A stretch of 22,821 nt of DNA, taken from NCBI RefSeq assembly GCF_006345805.1, contig NW_021836679.1, positions 1 to 22,821 of the forward strand. The letters are read 5' to 3'. The notes beneath the pieces were generated by a model. The model was not told the DNA's origin. It searched no databases and saw nothing but the letters and a program-made list of their open reading frames with translations. This document shows, piece after piece, positions 1 through 9,629 of the stretch (position 1 is the stretch's first letter; each line of letters starts with the position of its first letter). A program made the position numbers and the translations under genes. Origin of the DNA: Octopus sinensis (taxonomy: Eukaryota).

Positions 1-301
1 TATTTCGTTCGTTCAAAAAGTGGAATAAGAATTTTGCTCCCAGGAAGAAAAAACTGAATTTATTTATCGTACAAAACCAGCTGGAAATCGTTCTATTTGA
101 TGAAAGATTTTACACGAAACGTCTGATAGATTTTCTTTATCGCAACATAATTTCTTTCACTGTTTTTATTACGCATTATTCTTTTAAAATGCAGAATATC
201 ATTAGTTATTTGAGGTTTAACTCTATAACGATATTTTATTTGGTTCCGTTATTTTTTATTGGTTAAATATCGCGTAATCAGAGGAAGAAAGACAGTCAAA
301 C

Positions 302-305
<4 letters not shown>

Positions 306-360
<55 letters not shown>

Positions 361-372
361 GTAGTAGTAATA
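306..372. repeat. (TAA)n/(TAG)n microsatellite
   Basis: Direct reading of the tandem trinucleotide run. Confidence 0.95.
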
Positions 373-885
373 ACTGATAGGAAGTGTTATTATGTACATT
401 GTTTTGTCTTGGTATAATAGATGGGCTACAGGAAATATTCTGCTCAATACCACAGATTTGGTCGTCAGTTGTTTGACCGTAACCAGTTGAGTATGTCCCT
501 TTGTGGCTGACGATATGTGCATCTCTGATCACGAACAGATGTAGTGGGGAGCATCATAGCCATGTGTTGAGAAGGAATTCTTAGAGGTTTGAATACTTCA
601 CCTCTGGAAACAAGGGTGTTTCGTTCAACATCCTTAAACAAATCTTATTCAGTGACCTTTTGAGCGGAATGAGCTACTCGACCAGAAGAAAATTCTAACT
701 GGACCCCACCTGCAAGGTCACGCGCTGTTTATATTGATATGAGATCGCCATGTCGTACACACATGGTTGTGATGCATGTGCCTGGTATACCCTTATCAGA
801 CGGGTAAGTCATGATGGGTATACTGGGCTTCGTATATTTCTATCCATGTATTACTTTGATGATATGCACTGCTCTCGCACTCAAT
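373..885. mobile_element. Unclassified ~510-bp interspersed repeat embedded between two (TAA)n tracts
   Basis: Complex, more GC-balanced block bounded on both sides by (TAA)n; long stem-loop at 780-828; no recognisable ORF. Resembles a repeat I recall from octopus DNA; family unassigned. Confidence 0.45.
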
Positions 886-946
<61 letters not shown>

Positions 947-951
947 TAATA
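886..951. repeat. (AAT)n microsatellite, probably also the (ATT)n tail of the adjacent minus-strand SINE
   Basis: Direct reading; abuts the 3' end of the SINE at 952. Confidence 0.9.
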
Positions 952-1148
952 ATGGTTTCAAATTTTGGTACATGTCCAGCAATATCAGGGAAGGGTTTAA
1001 GTCAATTACATTGAGCTACTTCTCAACTGGTGCTTTTTTATCGACTCTGAAAGGATGAAAGGCAAAGTCGAGCTCGGTGGAATTCGAACTCAGAACCTAA
1101 AGGCGGACGAAACACCTCTAAGTGTTTCGCCCGCCATGCTAAGGATTC
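952..1148 (-). mobile_element. Family-1 tRNA-derived SINE, older diverged copy with a non-A tail, lacking its first ~15 nt
   Basis: B box (GAGTTCGAATTCC on minus) and central block (tcgactctgaaaggatgaaaggcaaagtcga on plus) shared with other copies; more substitutions than its neighbours. Confidence 0.85.
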
Positions 1149-1564
1149 TTATTTCTATATTCCCCAGAAGAGGTTACACATAGAGGGGACAAACAAGGAC
1201 AGACAAAAGTATTAAGTCGATTACATCGACCCCAGTGTGTAACTGGTACTTATTTAATCGACCCTGAAAGGATGAAAGACAAAGTCGACCTCGGCGGAAT
1301 TTGAACTCATAACGTTACGGCAGACGAAATGCCTATTTCTTTATTACCCACAAGGGGCTAAACACAGAGGGGACAAACAAGGACAGACAGACGGATTAAG
1401 TCGATTATATCGACTCCAGTGTGTAACTGGTACTTATTTAAGCGACCCCGAAAGGATGAAAGGCAAAGTCGACCTCGGCGGAATTTGAACTCAGAACGTA
1501 ACAGCAGACGAAATACCGCTAAGCATTTCGCCCGGCGTGCTAACGTTTCTGCCAGCTCGCCGCC
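1149..1564 (-). mobile_element. Family-1 SINE, tail-A head-to-tail dimer (full unit 1333-1564, head-less 184-bp unit 1149-1332)
   Basis: Minus strand starts GGCGGCGAGCTGGCAGAAACGTTAGC (A-box-like), then B box GAGTTCAAATTCC, then a central GCCTTTCATCCTTTCGGGGTCG block resembling the Meta/MESC SINE domain, and ends ...GTAATAAAGAAATAG. Confidence 0.92.
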
Positions 1565-1565
1565 T

Positions 1566-1730
1566 TAACAACAACAACAACAACAACAACCGCAGCAGCA
1601 ACAACAACAACAACAACAAATAATGATAATGACGATGATGATGATGATAATAATAATAATAATAATATAATGATATTAATAATAATAATAGTAGTAGTAG
1701 TAGTAGTATATGTAGTAGTAATAATAATAA

Positions 1731-1768
<38 letters not shown>

Positions 1769-1810
1769 ATAATAATAATGATATAATAATAATAATAATA
1801 ATAGTAATAA
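1566..1810. repeat. Compound trinucleotide microsatellite (AAC/GAT/AAT/TAG)
   Basis: Direct reading. Confidence 0.95.
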
Positions 1811-2091
1811 TCTACTAAAGACTCAACAAGTCTGATTACATTAAACAGACAGTGCATTCAGATCTATTTTACAATTCAAATTATTTTTCTCGCTTTCGAT
1901 TCATTTATACTAAATAAAAGAATTAGAGAAAATTACAAAGTATAATCTCAGAAGGCAGAGAATAAAGGGTTTATGCTCGAGGGTCCATGACCGAGGGCGA
2001 AAAACTGATTGGCGCTGGTCTTGTGTAATGTCGTTGATGCATGGTTTACTGTAATTAAACGGACATCTTGTTTGGTAGATAGGAAATCTAA

Positions 2092-2772
2092 GTGAAAGGA
2101 GGGAGGGAGAGAGGTAGGAAAAAGAGATGGTGAGAGAGAATGGGAGAGTTGGAGATAGAAACAGAGAGAGAGGGATAGAGAGAAAGGGAGAGAGAGAGAC
2201 AGAGAGAGAGAGAAGAATGAAAATATCTTGGATATTGATAGTTGGATATTTGGATAAAGCAAACATTTGATCGTTGGAAAACTTCAGAATACACACTCAC
2301 ACATACATGTGTGTGTATGTGTGCGAGCATGTGTGTGTATGTGCGTATGTATGCGTGCGTGCATGTGTCTGTGTGCGCGCATGAATGTGTGCACGTGTAG
2401 CGTGCATGTATATGTATTTATGTATGTGTATATATATATATTATATATATATATACTAATATATATAATATATACATAACTATATATATAATTACACACA
2501 CACAATCACACATATATATACACATATATATTACAACCATGCATACACACCTATATTATATATATAATATATTACATATTATACATTACCTATATACATA
2601 CACACACATATATATATATATACACACACAATATATATATTTACATATATATATATATATAGGTATATAAAATGTCTATATATATATGTACATATATATA
2701 TATGTATAGATATATATTATATATCATATATATATATATATACATACATACATTCATACATTACATACATAT

Positions 2773-2803
<31 letters not shown>

Positions 2804-2845
2804 CATACATACATACATATACATACATATTTATATATTTATATG
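2092..2845. repeat. GA-rich tract followed by degenerate (TG)n, (TA)n and (CA)n microsatellites
   Basis: Direct reading; short unique spacer near 2220-2290. Confidence 0.9.
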
Positions 2846-3255
2846 TTTGTTAATTAAACACTGGATTTTCGCAATATTATTTTGTTTTTGTATTTGTACA
2901 AATATTTCGTTGTTTTTTGAACCTAACATCAGATTAGATTATTTTTTATCCGTAAAATCTGACGGATACAAATATCTAAGTAAATATTTATGTAACAGCC
3001 ATATCTAGGAGGATAATTATAAAAAGGTTGTTTGTATTTATCTAAATCTAGCAATTTGTGTTTATTTATATATCTGAAACAACAGAACAAAACCCCAACC
3101 GTTTCTATTACGAGTTGAGTCATGCGTTTCACAGAATGGTTTACACAAAACACAAACAATGGGGTAAACAAAACACATGACTCACAAATGAGAAGATAGC
3201 TACCTCTTAAAAATGAGTGGATACGATTTCTTATACTTGGCTTCATGGATTCATA

Positions 3256-3482
3256 CGAAAGGGTGCTGAAAAGTTCCTGACTTTAAGGGTACTGCAAAAG
3301 GCCTTTGGTGGACGCACAACATTTCCAGTTCTTTTACAGGGCTTGCAAAAAAACTGAAAGACCGTGCGAATCTGTGCGAATAATAAGTGTGCGAATCCTA
3401 GAGGGGAATATGTTGAGTGAAATTATAATTAACTGATTCTCCTGGCTTTACCCAAACCCAGGAAGGTTTCAGCACAGTCTCT
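3256..3482 (+). mobile_element. Mariner-derived MITE (internally deleted, old)
   Basis: TA at 3254-3255 and 3483-3484; 29-bp imperfect TIRs (3256-3284 and 3454-3482, 21/29 matching by eye); 3385-3420 encodes KCANPRGEYVE*, the typical mariner transposase C-terminus. Confidence 0.85.
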
Positions 3483-3503
3483 TATATATATATAAATATT
3501 AAT

Positions 3504-3869
3504 GCGGCGAGCTGGCAGAAACTTTAGCACGCCCGACGAGATGCTTAGCGGTATTTCGTCTGTCTTTACGTTCTGAGTTCAAATACCGCCGAGGTCAACT
3601 TTGCCTTTCATCCTTTCGGGGTCGATTAAATAAGTAATAGTTATGCACTGGGGTCGATATAATCGACTTAATCCGTTTGTCTGTCCTTGTGGGTAGTAAA
3701 GAAATAGGTATTTCGTCTGTCTTTATGTTCTGAGTTCAAATTCCGCCGAGGTTGAGTCTGTCTTTCATCCTTTCGGGGTTGATAAAGTCAGCACCAGTTG
3801 CATACTGGGGTCGAGCTAATTAACTGCCCTCCCCCACAAATTTCAGGCTTTGTGCCTAGAGTACAAAAG
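3504..3869 (+). mobile_element. Family-1 SINE chimeric dimer (unit 1 tail A 3504-3707, unit 2 tail B 3708-3869)
   Basis: A and B boxes present; two central blocks; junction GAAATAG|GTATTTC at 3701-3714; unit 1 tail has a deletion between CCTTGT repeats. Confidence 0.92.
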
Positions 3870-3894
3870 TACACACACACACACACACACACAC

Positions 3895-3933
<39 letters not shown>

Positions 3934-3972
3934 ATACACACATATACACACACACATATATATATATATATA
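3870..3972. repeat. (CA)n(TA)n microsatellite
   Basis: Direct reading. Confidence 0.95.
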
Positions 3973-4019
3973 TGAAGGTTTTTAAATGACGATCAAGCTG
4001 GTCACTAACAAAGTCAAAA

Positions 4020-4170
4020 GATATTCTGAGTTACTTATGTTCTGTATCGACATGTCCCTTTCGGGGTCGATAATATTGTGTACCAGTTGAAACCTGGGAT
4101 CGCTGTAATCGAATTACTGCAATCCGAATTGTTGTTTTCCTATCTGTCTAAATATTAGAAAATTACTATT
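4020..4170 (+). mobile_element. Degenerate family-1 SINE fragment
   Basis: cctttcggggtcgataa...taccagttg...ctgggatcg...gtaatcga aligns with the central block of the intact copies. Confidence 0.65.
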
Positions 4171-4570
4171 TTTAAATCTCACAACGAGAGATATTCAGCA
4201 ACAGTACTTTGTAGTAAAGACTGCTTGCCAACATAACATGGCAGTCCTGGTTTAGGACTAATGTTGCTGTAATTTATCCCTTGGAGACATCGTCTCCAGT
4301 GGGCTATACTACAAGATCTGTGTAAATATAGTTTTAAACGCATTTAAGTCGCTATTTCCCTAAAATAAAAGACCCTCCATGTCTAGAAATAGCAGCAGAA
4401 TCTCCCCCGAAACGTTGCAATGTATGGTCATTGAATCACTTTGTCTGAAAATATAATATAATTCATATTCCTCATATTCTATGATAAAACAACAAGATAT
4501 ATTTCTCATACATCGTGTTTTCCCCCAAGGAATATAATAACACGAACATATTTCAGAACATACGCATGAA

Positions 4571-4721
4571 TGTGTGGTAAGAATCTTGCTTACTAACCAA
4601 ATGGTTCCGGTTTCAGTCCCACTGCATGGCACTTTTAGCGTAAGTATCTTCTATAATACCCTCGGGCCGACCAAAGTCCTGTGAGAGGATTTTGGAGACA
4701 AAACCTGAAGAAAACCCGTCG
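4571..4721 (+). mobile_element. Family-2 tRNA-derived SINE, 5' module
   Basis: tgtgtggtaag...ggtttcagtcccactgc (B-box-like)...ctcgggccgaccaaag; homologous to 11545-11710 (minus) and 20625-20725; followed by (TG)n. Confidence 0.8.
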
Positions 4722-4722
4722 A

Positions 4723-4754
<32 letters not shown>

Positions 4755-5027
4755 ATCATTACTTTTCATGTATGTGTGTTTGTCGATGCACACAACCAGT
4801 TGTGTGAATCTGATAATTTAGATTTTTTCCGATGAAAATTCGTTTTAAGATTGAAATTTCTCTTTCATCTCGTTTTAAAGTTCCTACCAGATGTTCTACC
4901 TTTTTCTCACTCATCGTAAAAAAACCTGAAACGGGAATCAAAGAATATCGAAGTGTGAAACTTTTAGCTTCCTGTGAAATATATGAAACTCAAGAATAGA
5001 ATTGAATATTTCCTTTTCTTCACTCTT

Positions 5028-5088
5028 CACACATACATACATACATACACACATACATACATGCATACATACATACATACATACATAC

Positions 5089-5119
<31 letters not shown>

Positions 5120-5451
5120 CATACATACATACATACATACATACACAATAATACATACATACATACATACATGCATACTAATACATACATGCATACATAC
5201 ATACATACATACATACATACAAAATACCAACATGCATGCATACAACATACATCATAATACATACATACAGACATACATACATCATACATACTTACATACA
5301 ACATACATACATACATAACTACATGCATGCATACATACATAAAACCTACATACTACATACATACATACATACATACATACCTTACATACATACATACATA
5401 CATACATAATACTTACATACATACATACATACATACAACATACATACATAC

Positions 5452-5482
<31 letters not shown>

Positions 5483-5746
5483 CATACATACTTACATACA
5501 TACATACATACATAACCATACATACATACATACATACATACATACATACATACATACATACTTACATACATACATACATACATACATACGTACATATACA
5601 TACATACAAAACTATATACACACATACATACATACATCAACATACATACATACATACACACATACATACAACACATACATACATACATACATACATACAT
5701 ACATACATACATACATACATACATACATACATACATACATACATAC

Positions 5747-5777
<31 letters not shown>

Positions 5778-5778
5778 C

Positions 5779-5809
<31 letters not shown>

Positions 5810-5862
5810 CTTACATACATACATACATAATACATACATACATACATACATACATACATACA

Positions 5863-5893
<31 letters not shown>
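5028..5893. repeat. Long (CATA)n tetranucleotide array
   Basis: Direct reading, ~865 bp with CTTA variant units. Confidence 0.97.
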
Positions 5894-5895
<2 letters not shown>

Positions 5896-5939
5896 CTCTT
5901 TTTTAAAATTAAAGAAAAAAGAAGAATCTGGATAAACTG

Positions 5940-6149
5940 CGATTTTCAGAAGGAGAAATTGACAGGCTGATTCGTACAATATAAAGGCAATGTGTGAATG
6001 GAACAGTGAAAATATGCAAGACTTTTCTCAAGTTCCAAATGTGAATTTGTCTATGTTAACTACATCCCAAAGATGGAGCCGAGTCTCTTATTTAATTACT
6101 ATAAATTTTCCACTGAAAATTTATAGTAATTAATTAATAGAAGAGATAG

Positions 6150-6182
<33 letters not shown>

Positions 6183-6452
6183 CATACATACATACATACA
6201 TACATACACACATACATACATACATACGTACATATGAAAGCTTGAATTTTCATAAAAATAAATCAACTGATTCGCACTTTACAATATAAATATGCGGAAC
6301 AGTATATATATGCAAGACTTTTCTTAGGTTTAAAATACGACATCGTTTTCGTTATCTACATTCCAAAGATGGAGCTCTGTATCTTTGTTAGAAACCATCT
6401 CTTTCTTCAGAGGAAGATTTTAAATGGTTAAATACAGAAAAGACATACATAC
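5940..6452. repeat. Two diverged ~200-bp direct copies (~5940-6150 and ~6240-6445), each followed by (CATA)n
   Basis: Collinear shared blocks CTGATTCG, TACAATATAAA, GGAACAGT, ATATGCAAGACTTTTCT and CTACATYCCAAAGATGGAGC at ~300-bp offset. Confidence 0.85.
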
Positions 6453-7009
6453 ACTTGCAAAACGACACACACTTATATATGTAAATATATGCATATATTA
6501 ACTTGTGTGTGTATGTGTGTGTGTTTCTGTGTTCCTGTGTTCCTGTGTAAGATTGCTGTTAATAGTGACAGCAAATACATATATTTAAGATATAGAAAAG
6601 TATGTTTCTTTATAAATTCAAATATTTACATATTGTAATTAACTTGGCATCGAACAATCTCGGAAAAGGAAAGAATATAAACGAAACACTTTTTTTTTTT
6701 CACTTTAAAGTTTGTTTTAATGTTTTAGAGAGTGAAAATTTAGTCAAATGCTTAATAAATATCAAATAAGCTTAAATACATACGATGAAATGTATTTAAG
6801 AAATGTGTAGCAGCACGATATAGCAGAGATTCTCAAGAAAGGACAGCTATAGCAACTGGATGGGAATCAAGAATGGGGGAATCTCGGAGAGGCCTTATTT
6901 AAATTGCCGAAACAGATTTAAATTTAGCCGATTTCTGGGAGCTGGAAATGCCTTAGAGATAAACCTAAAGGCTGTCTTCTCTGTCATTTCCACGCATATA
7001 CATGTATAT

Positions 7010-7610
7010 CTATTTCTTTACTACCCACAAGGGGCTAAACACAGAGAGAACAAACAAGGACAGACAAACGGATTAAGTCGATCACATCGACCCCCAGTGC
7101 GTAACTGGTACTTAATTTATCCACTTCGAAATGATGAAAGGCAAAGTCGACCTCGGCGGAATTTGAACTCATAACGTAACGGCAGACGAAATATCTATTT
7201 CTTTACTACCCACAAGGGGCTAAACACAGAGAGGACAAACAAGGACAGACAAACAGATTAAGTCGATTACATCGACCCCCAGTGCGTAACTGGTACTTAA
7301 TTATCCACTTCGAAATGATGAAAGGCAAAGTCGACCTCGGCGGAATTTGAACTCATAACGTAACGGCAGACGAAATATCTATTTCTTTACTACCCACAAG
7401 GGGCTAAACACAGAGAGGACAAACAAGGACAGACAAACAGATTAAGTCGATTACATCGACCCCAGTGCGTAACTGGTACTTAATTTATCCACTTCGAAAT
7501 GATGAAAGGCAAAGTCGACCTCGGCGGAATTTGAACTCATAACGTAACGGCAGACGAAATACGGCTACGCATTTCGCCCGGCGTGCTAACGTTTCTGCCA
7601 GCTCGCCGCC
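7010..7610 (-). mobile_element. Family-1 SINE tail-A trimer (units 7010-7194, 7195-7378, 7379-7610)
   Basis: Three near-identical units; only the one ending at 7610 has the A-box head; possible decayed TSD tatacatgtat (6997-7007) / tatccatgtat (7613-7623). Confidence 0.95.
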
Positions 7611-7611
7611 T

Positions 7612-8006
7612 CTATCCATGTATCCACATGCATGCATGCATGCATCCATCCATCAATTGATCCATCCATTGATCCATCCATCTCCGCCTATTATTCCTGG
7701 GAGGGTGTTGGGGGTAGCGTCCTCAGGCACCTCCTCCACAAGGCCCTCTGAGAAGCAACCGTTATTGCACATTGCTCCTGGTTTCCCAAGCCCGAGCAAC
7801 GGAGTACTGCGGATATTATCCAATCATCAGGTCCTTGGTTCATCCCGAGGTCTTCTGCCATTTAGCTGGGCTTGAAGAATCCGTCTCGCGATTCTTTCCT
7901 ACGATAGTCTAATCACACACCTGCAGTACCTAAGCAGTTATCTCTGAATGCAAATATGTAGCAATTCGACTTGGAGATACTGTTTGATCTCAGAACTATG
8001 CACTCT
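7612..8006 (-). mobile_element. 5'-truncated, decayed RTE-clade LINE (Rex3/Expander-like) 3' end with (GATG)n-type tail
   Basis: Manual minus-strand translation from 8006 gives RVHSSEIKQYLQVELLHICIQR*LLRYCRCVIRLS*ERIARRILQAQLNGRRPRDEPRT**LDNI, and after a frameshift ALWRRCLRTLPPTPSQE* (stop 7693-7691). This matches the RTE C-terminal pattern LRWxGHxxRM...GRRPRGRPRTRW. Degenerate (TGGA)n tail at 7612-7680. Confidence 0.85.
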
Positions 8007-8013
8007 ATATAGA

Positions 8014-8077
8014 GGCGCGATGGCCCAGTGGTTAGGACAGCGGACTCGCGGTCGTAGGATCGCGGTTTCGATTCCCA
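8014..8077 (+). mobile_element. Isolated tRNA-derived head of a third SINE family (Arg-like TCG at the anticodon position)
   Basis: A box TGGCCCAGTGG (8021-8031); B box GGTTTCGATTCC (8064-8075); no acceptor-stem 3' strand; truncated by simple repeats. Confidence 0.7.
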
Positions 8078-8089
8078 TCCATGTTGACG

Positions 8090-8945
8090 ATGACCTTCAC
8101 CTCTGTCATCACTATCCTCCTCCTCGTTATTGCAATTATCACCATCACACTACCACCACCATCATTGTCCTCATCATCACCATCACGACGACGACGACCA
8201 ACTTCATCACCACTGCAACCATCACCACCACCACCACAACATCATCAATATCATCACCACCACCACCACCACCACCACCACCACCACCACCACAACTATC
8301 ACTGCCGCAACCACCACCACCAACGCAATCACCAATACCACCACCACGACCACCACAAACAACACCACTTCCGCAGCCACTATCACCTTCACCACCACCA
8401 CTATCACTGCTACAGCCACCACCACCACCACCATCACCACCACCAACACCAGCACTAATACCACCACCACTACCGCCACCATCACCATTACCATCACCAT
8501 CACGATCACCAACACCACCACCGCCGCCCCCTCAGCACCACCGCCCCCTCAGCACCACCGCCCCCTCAGCACCACCGCCCCCTCAGCACCACCGCCCCCA
8601 CCACGACCATCGCAACTACCATCGCCACCACAACCACAAACAACCATCACCACCACAAACAACTACCGCCACCACCATCACCTCCAACATTACCGTCTCC
8701 ACCCTCACTGCCACAACCACCACCACCATCAACACAACTAATACTGCCACCAACACCAGCACTAATACCACCACCACCACCACCACCACCACCACCAACC
8801 GCCCCCCACCACCACCACCACCGCCCCCCACCACGACCATTGCAACTACCATCGCCACCACAACCACAAACAACCATCACCACCACAAATAACTACCACC
8901 ACCACCACCACCATCACCATCACCACTATCCTCTTCCTCACCAAC
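8090..8945. repeat. Degenerate (CCA)n/(CAT)n low-complexity tract containing a 17-bp minisatellite at 8524-8599
   Basis: Direct reading; CCGCCCCCTCAGCACCA four times plus a partial unit. Confidence 0.9.
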
Positions 8946-9137
8946 ATATATGTCGGAGTGTCACCATATTTCAAGGATGGAAAGTTTGGCAAGATTTCAC
9001 TGAATTCTTCAACAGTTTTGGCTGTATTTGATGTTTATTGAGTTGACAGAAACCAGTAGGTTAATTGAAAGAGAGTTTCAATGGGGGGACACTGTGATGC
9101 TGGTGTGTAGCCATGGAAACTGGAAATTCTTCATAGA

Positions 9138-9315
9138 TGCACACACACACACACGCAAACACACACACACTCACACACACACACACACACAAATACACAC
9201 ACGCACACGCACACACAAATACATACACTGCTCTCTCTCTATATATATATATGCATATCCACATAACACACACATCCACACATATATATACATGCGCACA
9301 TATAACCTATATATA

Positions 9316-9348
<33 letters not shown>

Positions 9349-9365
9349 TATATATACATATATAT

Positions 9366-9397
<32 letters not shown>

Positions 9398-9464
9398 CTA
9401 TATATATATATATATATATATATATGTTATATATATATGTATGTATACATATATATATATATAC

Positions 9465-9503
<39 letters not shown>

Positions 9504-9589
9504 AATATGATGTATGTATATATATATATATATAGCATTCGTGAAAATGTTGATTATATATAGATATACATACAAACATACATATGTAA

Positions 9590-9629
<40 letters not shown>

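Noticed and set aside
92-130. Hammerhead-like TTGATGA...GAAACGTC flanked by TCTAT/ATAGA
   Set aside because: The core C is missing and stem II cannot pair; compatible with chance in AT-rich DNA.
6805-6995. Possible exon in a unique island (similarly 8950-9135, 13580-13760 and 20420-20535)
   Set aside because: No recognisable protein motif and no convincing splice-site pair; small exons cannot be excluded without RNA-seq.
7010-7610. CRISPR-like regular repeats (also 17600-18300)
   Set aside because: Whole units repeat, with no unique spacers and no cas genes; eukaryotic context.
8014-8077. tRNA-Arg(TCG) gene
   Set aside because: A and B boxes are present, but acceptor-stem closure, a sound T stem and an oligo-T terminator are missing; better explained as a SINE head.
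7948-8892. 314-aa Pro/Thr/His-rich ORF and the similar ORFs at 15592-17292
   Set aside because: Translations of (CCA)n repeats that are open in several frames; the 7948 ORF begins in antisense LINE and SINE sequence.
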